Shown here: piece after piece, positions 26,864-36,415 of the stretch
How the letters are laid out: each line of letters opens with the position of its first letter
Position numbering within the stretch: position 1 is the stretch's first letter
Assembly: GCA_964596615.1 (NCBI GenBank)
Contig: CAZQUN010000005.1
Span: forward strand, 3,216 to 67,215
Source: an uncultured Candidatus Saccharibacteria bacterium
GTDB taxonomy: Bacteria; Patescibacteriota; Minisyncoccia; Portnoybacterales; UBA2143
Direction of reading: 5' to 3'
Length of the DNA: 64,000 nt
Translations under genes and position numbers: made by a program
Notes under the pieces: model-generated
The model's input: only the letters and a program-made list of their open reading frames with translations
What the model was told of the DNA's origin: nothing
Databases searched by the model: none

Positions 26864-27289
26864 ATGAAAAATAGTTACTGGACAATAATTTTAGGGTTAG
26901 GAATTGTTGCTTTGCTAACCTTTAGCTATAACTGGCAGAATAAAGGAGAAGATGCCAACCAACTGCCAAAGTACGCTATGAGAACCGCCTCAGTTCAGGC
27001 GGCTTATCAGTATTCTTTAGATAACCCGGAGCTTCTTGACCATATTCCATGTTATTGTAATTGTTATAATTTGGGTCACAAAGATGTTGGCAGTTGTTTT
27101 GTTAAAGAATTTAAGGAAGACGGCAAAGTTGTTTTTGACGAGCACGGAGCTAATTGCGGCATTTGTTATTCAACGGTTTTAGACGCTAAAAACCTTTTTG
27201 AAGAGAATTGGTCGGCTTCAGAAATTAGGGAATATATTGACAACAAGTACTCCGGCTACGGCCAGGGAACTAAAACGCCTCGACCATGA
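26864..27289 (+). CDS. PCYCGC-domain protein, membrane-anchored and Cys/His-rich (candidate metal-binding protein)
   Basis: N-terminal TM. Motif IPCYCNCYNLGHKDVGSCF plus HGANCGICY matches the uncharacterised PCYCGC domain family. Confidence 0.65.
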   Translation: MKNSYWTIILGLGIVALLTFSYNWQNKGEDANQLPKYAMRTASVQAAYQYSLDNPELLDHIPCYCNCYNLGHKDVGSCFVKEFKEDGKVVFDEHGANCGICYSTVLDAKNLFEENWSASEIREYIDNKYSGYGQGTKTPRP

Positions 27290-27657
27290 ATTACTTAAAA
27301 ATCATTTCAATATTTCTAATTGGTCTTGGTTTGGGATTGGTATTCTACTATTTTCCCTCTTCATCTTTTTCTAAGCTATCACCAGACGAAATGCATCAAC
27401 AAGTCATTTCTCAAAGGGATTTTGCTATTAAAGAGGCGATTGCCCGGGGAGAATACAATTGCTGCATTGAACCGGCCTGTACTATGTGCTACATGGAAGC
27501 CAATCAGTGGAACAACCAAAAAGCCGGAACCTGCGATTGTGTTGATCTCATTATTAAAGGAGAAGAGCCCTGTCCTCAATGCAAAAGAGAATTAGCCAAA
27601 CAAGCAGAAGCAGTTTGCGATTTTAGCCAAGAATGCGAAGAAGATAAGAATAATTAA
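27286..27657 (+). CDS. Membrane-anchored Cys-rich protein (10 Cys: CCIEPACTMCY ... CDC ... CPQC ... CDFSQEC), function unknown
   Basis: Overlaps the previous stop by 4 nt. N-terminal TM. Dense Cys pattern and an acidic C-terminus. Confidence 0.55.
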   Translation: MNYLKIISIFLIGLGLGLVFYYFPSSSFSKLSPDEMHQQVISQRDFAIKEAIARGEYNCCIEPACTMCYMEANQWNNQKAGTCDCVDLIIKGEEPCPQCKRELAKQAEAVCDFSQECEEDKNN

Positions 27658-27668
27658 ATTGTAAAAAT

Positions 27669-28304
27669 ATGAACTCAAAACTCATTTTCCTGGGCATTAT
27701 CATTACTGGAGCAATAATCGGCGGAGCAATTATTTACACCAATTCCAACCAGAGCACTTCTTCGATTGCTTCATCAGGAGAACAAAAGAAAATCCTCAAA
27801 TTAAATGAACAGGATCATATCAAGGGTAATCCAGAAGCCAAAATTACTATTCTTGAATTTTCTGATTTTGAATGTCCTTTTTGCGCCAAATTTAGTCAAT
27901 CTGTCAACCAGGTAATGAAAGATTATCCTGATGACGTTAACTGGGTTTATCGGCATTTCCCTCTGTCTTTTCATAAGGAATCAAGACCTTCAGCCGAGGC
28001 CTCGGAATGCGCGGCTGAACAGGGAAAATTCTGGGAATTTCATGATGGACTCTTTACCAATCAGTCAGGACTAGGAAAAGAATTTTATCTGACACTGGCT
28101 AAAGATTTAGAACTGGATTTAGATTCATTTGAAGAGTGTTTTTCATCAAGGAAATACAAGGATAGGGTTGAAAATGATTACCAAGAAGGGATTAATCTTG
28201 GCATTAAGGGAACTCCCGGTAATTTTATCAACGGCGGTTCGCTTGGAGGAGCAGTGCCTTACGAAAAATTAAAATTAATAGTCGAGTCAATATTAAATAA
28301 TTAA
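27669..28304 (+). CDS. DsbA-family thiol:disulfide oxidoreductase (thioredoxin fold, CPFC active site), membrane-anchored
   Basis: FSDFECPFCAKF active-site motif. DsbA-like length with an inserted helical domain. Confidence 0.85.
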   Translation: MNSKLIFLGIIITGAIIGGAIIYTNSNQSTSSIASSGEQKKILKLNEQDHIKGNPEAKITILEFSDFECPFCAKFSQSVNQVMKDYPDDVNWVYRHFPLSFHKESRPSAEASECAAEQGKFWEFHDGLFTNQSGLGKEFYLTLAKDLELDLDSFEECFSSRKYKDRVENDYQEGINLGIKGTPGNFINGGSLGGAVPYEKLKLIVESILNN

Positions 28305-28307
28305 AAC

Positions 28308-28634
28308 ATGAAGAAAGTAATTTTCTACTCAATCATATTTTCACTCTTTCCCATGGCTGCTTTAGCTAATGGGGATGATGGGTATATGATGGGAGGTTGG
28401 GGTCATATGATGAATTTCAGCTTTATGCCATTTGGATGGTTTGGTGGTTTTTTCATGATTTTCTTCTGGGGGCTAATAATCTTTGGAGTAGTTGCCTTAA
28501 TTAAATGGATAACAGAGCAGAATAGAGGAGAAAGCAAGAAAAATAATTCAGCTCTGGAAATCTTAAGAAAACGTTACGCTAAAGGAAAAATCAGCAAAGA
28601 AAAGTTTGAGAGAATGAAAAAGGATTTGAAATAA
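28308..28634 (+). CDS. SHOCT-domain membrane protein
   Basis: The C-terminal LEILRKRYAKGKISKEKFERMKKDL is a typical SHOCT motif. Two TM helices with a GGWGHMMNF Gly/Met-rich loop. Confidence 0.6.
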   Translation: MKKVIFYSIIFSLFPMAALANGDDGYMMGGWGHMMNFSFMPFGWFGGFFMIFFWGLIIFGVVALIKWITEQNRGESKKNNSALEILRKRYAKGKISKEKFERMKKDLK

Positions 28635-28638
28635 GAGA

Positions 28639-30600
28639 ATGAAAGAGCATTGCCATCACAACCACCATTTAATGATGGAGAAGGATTTTAAAAATAGATT
28701 TTTTATCTCTTTGTTTTTAGTTATTCCTGTTTTAGCCCTTTCGCCAACCATTCAAGAATGGTTGGGATTTTTTATTCCCAGGTTCTTTGGCTATAACTAT
28801 CTCTTATTTATCCTGGCTTCGATTATTGCTCTTTGGGGTGCTTGGCCTTTTTACACCGGCGCCAGAGATGAAATTAAAGAAAAAAGTTTTGGCATGATGA
28901 CTTTAGTTAGTTTGGCGGTTTTGGCCGGCTATCTCTATAGCATTGGCGCAACTTTCTTTTTCGAGGCAAGTGATTTTTATTGGGAAATATCAACCTTGGT
29001 TCTATTTCTTCTTTTTGGCCATTGGATGGAAATGAAGGCGGTTAATAAGTCGTCCGGCGCTTTGAATGAATTGGTCAAACTAATTCCACCCAAGGCTAAT
29101 TTAATCAAAGAGGGGGAAATTATTGAAACAAAAACAGAAGAATTAAAAGTCAAAGATATGATTCTAATCAGACCCGGGGAAAAGATCCCAATTGACGGAA
29201 TTATTAAAGAAGGGAAAAGCAATATTGATGAATCCTTGATTACCGGTGAATCAAAACCAGTCAGCAAAGCAAAAGAAAACCAGGTTATTGGCGGAACAAT
29301 TAATATTGATGGCTCTTTGAAAATTGAGGTGAATAAGACGGGAGAGGGAACCGCTTTATCTCAGATAATCGATCTGATCAGAGAAACCCAGGAATCAAAA
29401 CCAAGAAGCCAGAAACTAGCTGATAAAGCCGCCCACTATTTGACTATTATCGCTGTTGTTGCCGGTCTTTTAACCTTTCTTTACTGGGCTTTTATTGCTC
29501 AGCAAGGAATTCTATTTGCCCTGACTCTAACCATAACCGTCATTGTTATTACCTGTCCTCATGCTCTTGGTTTGGCTATTCCGACCGTAACTATTATCTC
29601 AACAACATTAGCAGCCAAAAACGGCATTCTGGTTAAAGACATGAAAGGAATGGAATTAGCCCGCCAGCTTGACTATATTATCTTTGATAAGACCGGGACT
29701 TTGACCAAAGGCGAATTCGGAGTAACTAATATTACTTCTTTGTCTGATTGGGATGAAAACGAAATTTTAAGTAAAGCCGCTGGCTTGGATATATACTCCG
29801 AGCATTTTATCTCAAAAGGAATTATCAAAAAAGCCAAAGAAAGAAGAGTAGATATCAAAGAAGTAATTAATTTCCAGTCAATTGCCGGCCAGGGGGTCAA
29901 AGGAGAAATTGATGGAAAGGAAATATATTTGGGTAACCGAACCCTGATAGAATCCTTGGGGATCAAAGTCAAAGAACCATCACTTGGCCAAGAAACTATG
30001 GTTTATCTAGCAAGTCAAAATCAATTAAAAGGATCTATTGCTCTGGCTGATACTATCAAGGATGAATCAAAGAAAGTAGTTAAAGAATTAAAGGAAATGG
30101 GGATTAAGGTCGCCATGCTGACTGGGGATAACAAAAAGGTAGCTGAAGATGTTGCCAAAGAGCTTAATTTGGATACTTTTTTTGCCGAGGTCTTACCGAA
30201 GGACAAATCAGATAAAGTTAAGGAACTTCAGAGAAACAATAAAATTGTCGCTATGGTTGGTGATGGAATCAATGACGCCCCGGCGCTGACCCAAGCCAAT
30301 ATTGGCATTGCCATTGGCGCCGGAACAGATGTTACTATTGAATCAGCAGAAATAGTTTTGGTCAAAAGCAATCCTTTGGATATTGTTAAACTGATTAAAT
30401 TAAGCCGGAAGACAATGGCCAAAATGAAACAAAATCTGGGCTGGGCAACTGGATATAATCTGATTGCCATTCCTTTGGCGGCCGGAGTTTTATCAAGTTA
30501 TGGAATTATTCTAAGACCGGAATGGGGAGCTTTAATTATGGCGGCCAGTTCTATTATTGTTGTCCTAAACGCTCTAATGCTCAGAAAAGAGAAAATTTAG
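28639..30600 (+). CDS. copB: Copper-translocating P1B-type ATPase, CopB-like (CPH transmembrane motif, His-rich N-terminus)
   Basis: MKEHCHHNHHLMM His-rich head. TGES, CPH (ITCPHALGLAIP), DKTGTLT, MLTGDN and GDGINDAPAL motifs. Confidence 0.9.
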   Translation: MKEHCHHNHHLMMEKDFKNRFFISLFLVIPVLALSPTIQEWLGFFIPRFFGYNYLLFILASIIALWGAWPFYTGARDEIKEKSFGMMTLVSLAVLAGYLYSIGATFFFEASDFYWEISTLVLFLLFGHWMEMKAVNKSSGALNELVKLIPPKANLIKEGEIIETKTEELKVKDMILIRPGEKIPIDGIIKEGKSNIDESLITGESKPVSKAKENQVIGGTINIDGSLKIEVNKTGEGTALSQIIDLIRETQESKPRSQKLADKAAHYLTIIAVVAGLLTFLYWAFIAQQGILFALTLTITVIVITCPHALGLAIPTVTIISTTLAAKNGILVKDMKGMELARQLDYIIFDKTGTLTKGEFGVTNITSLSDWDENEILSKAAGLDIYSEHFISKGIIKKAKERRVDIKEVINFQSIAGQGVKGEIDGKEIYLGNRTLIESLGIKVKEPSLGQETMVYLASQNQLKGSIALADTIKDESKKVVKELKEMGIKVAMLTGDNKKVAEDVAKELNLDTFFAEVLPKDKSDKVKELQRNNKIVAMVGDGINDAPALTQANIGIAIGAGTDVTIESAEIVLVKSNPLDIVKLIKLSRKTMAKMKQNLGWATGYNLIAIPLAAGVLSSYGIILRPEWGALIMAASSIIVVLNALMLRKEKI

Positions 30601-30672
30601 TTTACTAAACCCAATTAATTATGATAAAATGATCCTAAGGGTCATTTTTTAGTAATAATTAAATTAAAAAAT

Positions 30673-31833
30673 ATGTTTAAAAAAGTATTATTTTCCATAG
30701 CATTCTTATCTCTCTTTGCTTTTCCGGCACTGGCCGAGGAAGATTTACCTGATCCAGGCATCCTCCCTGACCATCCTTTCTATTTCGTCAAAACTTTTTT
30801 TGAAGATGTCGGAACCTTTTTGACTACAGATGATACTGCTAAAGCAGAAAGATATACTGAATTGGCTCAAAAAAGAATTGCCGAAGCCAAAGCCATGGCG
30901 GAAAAAGACAAGCCCGAAGAGGCAGAAAAAGCATTGGAAAGATACAAGTATCAAATAGAAAAAGCTGTTGAAAAAACAGAAAAAGTAAAAGAAAAGAACG
31001 AGGAAAATCAGAAAGAAAAAATCAATCAGATTACAGAGAAAATTGCCAGAAGCACTGCTAAGCATTTTGATGTTTTAGACAAGGTTTTTGACCAGAAACT
31101 TCCTGAATCCAAGGAAGCCATTCGCGAAGCAAAAGAAGCTTCAAGCGATGGCCAGATAAGAGCATTAGGATTTCTTGTCAAAGAAAAACCAGAAGAAGCA
31201 GTGGAGATTTTTGAAGATGCCATAGAAAAAAGATTAGATAAAATTGAAAAGAAAGTTGATTACAAGGATGATAAAGACACCGAAGAAGCGGTAGAGGAGT
31301 ATAATAAGTATGCTAATTTTGGCCATGAAATTTCTGCCTTAGCCCAAGGATTAAAAGCTAATGACTTAACTGTAGAAGAATTAGTCCACAAAACCACTTC
31401 TCACCATTTAGAAGTTCTAAAGGATGTTCGGGAGAAAATCGATGAGAAAGGTAAAGAAAAAATAGAGAAAGCTATTCAGATTAGAGAACGAATTGAGAAT
31501 AAACAATCTGAGACCGAAAACCAAGTAGGGCAGGAGACAAAAGAGGGAACAGAAACCAAGACAGACAAAGAAGAAGGCGAAGACGATGAAAAGTCAACAG
31601 AACAAGAAACAGAAAATACAGAAATTGAAACAGAATCTGAATCAACAGAAGAAGCTTGTGTCCAAGTAGTTAGTTATGCCAAGAATAAAGAAACAGGGGA
31701 ATGTAAACAATTTTCAACTTCCTGCGATATCCCAGAAGGATGGAGCGAAGAGAATGCTTGTGCTGACGAGGATGAGGGTAAAGACGAAGACGAAGGAAAT
31801 GAAATAATAGAAGAGGCTAAAGAACTTTATTAA
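30673..31833 (+). CDS. Secreted DUF5667-like protein with a long helical/coiled region and a Cys-containing acidic C-terminus
   Basis: Signal peptide. The N-terminal LPDPGILPDHPFYFVKTFFEDV is characteristic of the DUF5667 family. K/E-rich coiled coil. Confidence 0.5.
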   Translation: MFKKVLFSIAFLSLFAFPALAEEDLPDPGILPDHPFYFVKTFFEDVGTFLTTDDTAKAERYTELAQKRIAEAKAMAEKDKPEEAEKALERYKYQIEKAVEKTEKVKEKNEENQKEKINQITEKIARSTAKHFDVLDKVFDQKLPESKEAIREAKEASSDGQIRALGFLVKEKPEEAVEIFEDAIEKRLDKIEKKVDYKDDKDTEEAVEEYNKYANFGHEISALAQGLKANDLTVEELVHKTTSHHLEVLKDVREKIDEKGKEKIEKAIQIRERIENKQSETENQVGQETKEGTETKTDKEEGEDDEKSTEQETENTEIETESESTEEACVQVVSYAKNKETGECKQFSTSCDIPEGWSEENACADEDEGKDEDEGNEIIEEAKELY

Positions 31834-31834
31834 A

Positions 31835-32725
31835 ATGTCTCCGAAAGTATATATAATCATTCTTAGCTGGAATAATTGGCCGAATATAAGAGAATGTCTT
31901 GAGTCAATTAAAAACAATGACTACCCTAATTACCAGGTAGTCATTGTTGATAATGATTCAAAAGAAAAACCCCAACCCGGTCCGGAAATTAAAATCATTT
32001 ACAATGAAAAGAATTTAGGATTTTCTGGAGGAAATAATGTTGGTATAAAATATGCTTTAGAAAATGATGCTGACTATATTTTACTTTTAAACGACGACAC
32101 TATTGTTGGTTCCCAATTTCTAACTAAATTAGTTGAAATTGGAGAAAGCAAAAAAGAATTTGGTCTTCTTGGTCCTAAAATATATTTCTACGACCAAAAA
32201 GACAAAATCTGGTCTGCTGGTGGAAAAATTAACTGGCTTTACAACAAAGCTGAAATGATTGGGGTTAATCAAATAGATAAAGGACAATACAATAAAATCA
32301 AAGAAACAGAATATTTAACTGCCTGCTGTATTTTAGTCAAAAAAGAAGCTATTCAAAAAATTGGCTTAATCCCCGAAGAATATTTTGGCTATTATGAAGA
32401 TGTGGACTGGTCAACAAAAGTCAGAAGAATGGGATACAAATGTATTTTTGTTCCTCAATCAAAAATATGGCATAAAGGTTCAAAAAGCTTTGTTCCTGAT
32501 TCGCCTTCATATATTTACTACCATGTCAGAAATGGATTAATCTTTGCTAATAAATTCGCTCCCTGGCATATTAAGCCCTTTGTTCATTTGGATGTAATTT
32601 GGCGAATTGGAAAACAGATTGTTAAACTGCTTATCCCTAGTAAAAGGGCTTGGGTCAAACCCATCTTATTAGGCATTAAAGACTTTTATTTAGGCAAACG
32701 AGGAGAATATGAAAATTGGCATTGA
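31835..32725 (+). CDS. Glycosyltransferase family 2
   Basis: IIILSWNNW ... VVIVDNDS ... the DxD region and the QxxRW-like end typical of GT-A family-2 enzymes. Confidence 0.8.
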   Translation: MSPKVYIIILSWNNWPNIRECLESIKNNDYPNYQVVIVDNDSKEKPQPGPEIKIIYNEKNLGFSGGNNVGIKYALENDADYILLLNDDTIVGSQFLTKLVEIGESKKEFGLLGPKIYFYDQKDKIWSAGGKINWLYNKAEMIGVNQIDKGQYNKIKETEYLTACCILVKKEAIQKIGLIPEEYFGYYEDVDWSTKVRRMGYKCIFVPQSKIWHKGSKSFVPDSPSYIYYHVRNGLIFANKFAPWHIKPFVHLDVIWRIGKQIVKLLIPSKRAWVKPILLGIKDFYLGKRGEYENWH

Positions 32726-33821
32726 TGCGCGCGAAATAGAGAAGAGACCAACCGGAGTTGGCCGGGTTTTACTTTCTCTTTTAAACGAGTGGAATAATTT
32801 TAATTTAGAGGGAATAAAGTTCATTTTATACTTCAAAGAACAAATTCCTGATTTAGATTTAGATAAAGATATTTTTGAAAAAAAACTGCTCTCTTTTCCA
32901 ATTCAAAGCAACGCCTTATTTCTTCATCATCTTCTGCCCAGAGCAGCTAAAAAAGATAAGATTAATATCTTATTCTGTCCCGGCTATGTCGCCCCAATAT
33001 TTTATAGAGGCAATATTGCTTTAGAACTCCACGACATTATTTACCAATCCCGGCCGGAATTATATAACTGGCCAAGTATTTTTGACAAATTTCTTTTAAG
33101 AACAATTTCAAGAATTTCAGTCAGAAAAGCTAAAGTTATTCTAACCTGTTCAGATTTCAGCAAAAAAGAAATTCTAAAACATTATCAGGTTAATCCTGAA
33201 AGGGTTAAAAATATTCCTTTGGCAGCTGACCAGTTATTCCGACCGATAGAGGATAAGAATAAATTGGAAGAAATAAAAAGGAAGTATAAAGTTAAAGATA
33301 AATTCGTCTTCTATATCGGTTCAATTTTTAACAGAAGACATTTGCCGGAAATAATGACTGCTTTTAAAAAAGTCAGCCAGAAATTATCTGAATATCAATT
33401 TTTAATTGTTGGCAGAAATCATACATCACCCTTTATTAATATTGAAAAAATGATAGACGGAAGAATTATTAGAAAGGACTATTTAGAAGAAGGGGATTTG
33501 CCTTTGGTTTACAACGCTGCTGATTTACTGGTCTGGCTTTCTGATTATGAAGGCTTTGGCTTGCCGGTTTTAGAAGCCATGGCCTGCGGAACACCGGTGG
33601 TGACGTCAAATGAGGCCTCTCTTCCGGAAGTGGCAGGAAAAGCAGCGATTTATGTTGAGAATAATAGAGATATTGATGAAATTAAAAAAGCGGTTTATCA
33701 GGGACTAACTGACCAAAATCTCCGTCAAGATTTAGTTAAACAAGGATTGGAACAGGCCGAGAAGTTTTCCTGGCAAAAATGCGCTAGAGAGACACTTGAC
33801 GCTTTGTTGTCTGTTGGGTAA
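32709..33821 (+). CDS. Glycosyltransferase family 4 (GT-B, retaining)
   Basis: EGFGLPVLEAMACGTPVVTSN is a canonical GT4 motif. Confidence 0.85.
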   Translation: MKIGIDAREIEKRPTGVGRVLLSLLNEWNNFNLEGIKFILYFKEQIPDLDLDKDIFEKKLLSFPIQSNALFLHHLLPRAAKKDKINILFCPGYVAPIFYRGNIALELHDIIYQSRPELYNWPSIFDKFLLRTISRISVRKAKVILTCSDFSKKEILKHYQVNPERVKNIPLAADQLFRPIEDKNKLEEIKRKYKVKDKFVFYIGSIFNRRHLPEIMTAFKKVSQKLSEYQFLIVGRNHTSPFINIEKMIDGRIIRKDYLEEGDLPLVYNAADLLVWLSDYEGFGLPVLEAMACGTPVVTSNEASLPEVAGKAAIYVENNRDIDEIKKAVYQGLTDQNLRQDLVKQGLEQAEKFSWQKCARETLDALLSVG

Positions 33822-33833
33822 AATAAAATCATA

Positions 33834-33908
33834 TTCCGGGGTAGCTCAACGGTAGAGCGGATGCCTGTTAAGCATTAGGTTGCGCGTTCGAATCGCGCCC
33901 CCGGAGCC
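33834..33908 (+). tRNA. tRNA-Asn (anticodon GUU)
   Basis: Manual fold. Acceptor tccgggg/ccccgga. Anticodon loop cuGUUaa. T-arm gcgcgttcgaatcgcgc. Encoded CCA. Confidence 0.85.
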
Positions 33909-33934
33909 AGTTGCTTTTTATTACAATATCTGCT

Positions 33935-33963
33935 ATTGACAGGCAATCTTAAACAAGATAAAC
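33935..33963 (+). promoter_or_regulatory. Sigma70-like promoter TTGACA-17-TAAACT for the toxin-antitoxin operon. An inverted repeat gttaaacataagattaac lies just downstream (possible autoregulatory operator).
   Basis: Direct reading. Confidence 0.45.
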
Positions 33964-33992
33964 TTAAGTTAAACATAAGATTAACTAAAAAT

Positions 33993-34205
33993 ATGGACAA
34001 TATTATAAATCTAAAAAACCTAAGAGAACATATGCAAGAATACGCCAAAAAAGTTCAAAAAGGCGATTCTTTTATTGTTTTTAAAAAATCTAAACCTTTA
34101 TTCAAAATTACTCCTATCAACGACGGAAATTGGGAAGAAGTAATAGACTTTACTAAAATCGACAAACAAGGAGTTAATATCAAGGATTTATTAAAGCGTT
34201 TATAA
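33993..34205 (+). CDS. Phd/YefM-family antitoxin
   Basis: 70 aa. MDNIINLKNLREHMQEYAKKVQKGDSFIVFKKSKPLFKITPI fits the Phd/YefM pattern. The stop lies 1 nt before the toxin start. Confidence 0.65.
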   Translation: MDNIINLKNLREHMQEYAKKVQKGDSFIVFKKSKPLFKITPINDGNWEEVIDFTKIDKQGVNIKDLLKRL

Positions 34206-34206
34206 T

Positions 34207-34449
34207 ATGGATAAGATCAAGAAAGCACTTGGTAAATTGAGCTTAAAAGAGAAACAGAAAATAAAAGAGATTTTACTTCGGGTAGACAAGGGCAGCTTTC
34301 AGGGTTTGAATACAAAAAAGCTAAAAGGAAGAATTGATATCTTCCGTGTTCGTCAAGGCAATATCCGTATCATTTTCCACAGGAAAAATAGTTCTATCAG
34401 AATCTTAACTATAGAACGAAAGGGAAGTAAGACCTACAAAAAGAGATAA
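34207..34449 (+). CDS. RelE/ParE-family toxin (type II toxin-antitoxin system)
   Basis: 80 aa, basic. The pattern ...FRVRQGNIRIIFHRKNSSIRILTIERKGSKTY is typical of RelE/ParE toxins. Confidence 0.65.
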   Translation: MDKIKKALGKLSLKEKQKIKEILLRVDKGSFQGLNTKKLKGRIDIFRVRQGNIRIIFHRKNSSIRILTIERKGSKTYKKR

Positions 34450-34480
34450 TTGTTAAAATAAGTTCAAAAATCGTCCCAAA

Positions 34481-35356
34481 ATGAAAATTCTAGTAACAGG
34501 AGCAACGGGCTTTATAGGAAGCAATCTTGTTCCTATCTTAAAAAAGAAATATTCTGTAAGAGTTCTGGTGAGAAATAAGAAGAAATTCAAGCAAAGAGGA
34601 GTAGAAGTATTTGTTGGTGATTTAAATGATAAAGATGCAATGGTAAGGGCGCTTAGAGGAATAGAAGTTACTTATTACCTAGTTCATTCAATGAACCAAA
34701 GCAGCAGGTTCGAAGAAATGGAGGCTAAGAGCGCAAAGAACTTTGCTTTTGCTTGTAATGCTAATAAAGTTAAAAGAGTGATATATTTATCCGGGATAAT
34801 ACCCGAAGGAAAGATGAGCAGACATCTTAGAAGCAGGAAAAGAGTAGGAAATATATTAAGAAAAAGCAGAACAAGGGTTACAGAGTTCAGGTCAAGTATT
34901 ATTGTTGGTAAAGAAGGCCCATCTTTTGTAATAATACAAAGACTAGTAGAAAAGATACCTATCTTATTCTGGTCTAAGAAGATAAAGGATTCCTTGAACC
35001 AGCCAATAGGTTTAGAGGATACCCTTTATTATTTAGTCAAAAGTTTAGAAGAGAAAAAGACCATAGGAAAGACCTATGATATAGGAGGCAGGGATGTGAT
35101 AACCTTCAAAAGCATGCTAACGATATATGCTGAAGAGATAGGTAAAAAAAGAAAGATAATATACCTACCTTTCTTTTCCTCAAGGCTATTTGCTTATATC
35201 GCAAGTAAAATAAGCAAACAGCCAAAGAATCTGATACAAGCGCTAATTGAAAGTTTAAAACACGATGTTGTATGCGGGGAGAATAAGATAAGAAAGATAA
35301 TGCCTAGAAAAGTAATGGGATACAAGGAAGCTGTAAGGGCAAGTATAGAACAATGA
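34481..35356 (+). CDS. NAD(P)-dependent epimerase/dehydratase-family (SDR, NmrA-like) protein
   Basis: Rossmann motif ILVTGATGFIGSNLV. About 290 aa atypical SDR. Codon usage looks more AGA/AGG/ATA-rich than the neighbouring genes. Confidence 0.7.
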   Translation: MKILVTGATGFIGSNLVPILKKKYSVRVLVRNKKKFKQRGVEVFVGDLNDKDAMVRALRGIEVTYYLVHSMNQSSRFEEMEAKSAKNFAFACNANKVKRVIYLSGIIPEGKMSRHLRSRKRVGNILRKSRTRVTEFRSSIIVGKEGPSFVIIQRLVEKIPILFWSKKIKDSLNQPIGLEDTLYYLVKSLEEKKTIGKTYDIGGRDVITFKSMLTIYAEEIGKKRKIIYLPFFSSRLFAYIASKISKQPKNLIQALIESLKHDVVCGENKIRKIMPRKVMGYKEAVRASIEQ

Positions 35357-36381
35357 ATATTAAAACATTGATTATTTTAATAGTTTTAATTGGTTTAGGC
35401 GCAGGAGGATTTTTTATTTATAAAAATATTTATCGTTCCGGTCAGCCAAAATCAATAGATGATCAGGTCAAAGATGTTTCCTCGGGAAACGAAGATGCTT
35501 TTTCTTCTGTTGTTCAAGAGAACGAAGCGCCTAATAAAGAAAAAGATGTGCCAGATAAAAAAGAATCAACTCCGGTAGTTAAAGAGGAGCCAGAAGAGAA
35601 AGTTGTTCAAGAACAAGAAATAGGGTCCAAAGAAGAGGAAACAGAACCTAAAAAAGAGGGGCTGATTGCTTATTGGAATTTTGACGAGGGAAAAGGATCA
35701 GTTCTGGGAGATTCTTCGGGTAATAGCATCGAGGGTGGAATTAATGGGGTTGCTTGGGTTGAAGGAAAAAAGGGAACAGCCCTTGAATTTGATGGCAGTG
35801 ATGATTATGTTGAAATAAACAGCAGAGGAATTAGCGAGGTTGGGAAACTGCAATACGGAACAATATCTCTTTGGTTTAAATTTACAAATTGGCAGGAAAC
35901 TAAGATCCTGCCCTTGTTGTATATGGGTCACGATGGGCAGGGCATTATTGATAATTTAATTATTGAAATTGGACATTTTAATCATGGCGAGACTAATGAT
36001 AAAAAAATATATTATACCTTGTATAATAATGCTTCTGAGTCAATGTTGTATGGTGATGCTTATGTACCAGTGCTCTGCTTTGACTCAAACCAGAATTTGA
36101 CAGAGAATACCTGGTATCATTTTGCTGTTGTTAACGGTCCTTCAGGTAACACCGGATATCTTAATGGAGTTGAATTGACTAACCGGGATTACAATTTTAG
36201 CAATTCAAAAGACACTCGGTTTTTTTCCTCTCTATCAAACAAAGAAATCTTTCGGCTGGGACATGGCTGGTTTGGTATAGATAAAAAGTTCCACCATTTC
36301 AGCGGAACTTTGGATGAAATTAAAATCTATAATAAAGCCTTAGCTAGAGAAGAGATCATCGAATTAGCTAATAAAAATTGA
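35353..36381 (+). CDS. Secreted LamG / concanavalin-A-like lectin domain protein
   Basis: N-terminal TM, then an E/K-rich linker. LIAYWNFDEGKGSVLGDSSGNSIEGGINGVAWVEGKKGTALEFDGSDDYVEI ... ISLWFKF ... GTLDEIKIYNKAL is the Laminin_G_3 signature. Confidence 0.8.
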   Translation: MNIKTLIILIVLIGLGAGGFFIYKNIYRSGQPKSIDDQVKDVSSGNEDAFSSVVQENEAPNKEKDVPDKKESTPVVKEEPEEKVVQEQEIGSKEEETEPKKEGLIAYWNFDEGKGSVLGDSSGNSIEGGINGVAWVEGKKGTALEFDGSDDYVEINSRGISEVGKLQYGTISLWFKFTNWQETKILPLLYMGHDGQGIIDNLIIEIGHFNHGETNDKKIYYTLYNNASESMLYGDAYVPVLCFDSNQNLTENTWYHFAVVNGPSGNTGYLNGVELTNRDYNFSNSKDTRFFSSLSNKEIFRLGHGWFGIDKKFHHFSGTLDEIKIYNKALAREEIIELANKN

Positions 36382-36415
36382 TAAAATTAAATTAATTAAT
36401 AGATAGGGAGGGAAT

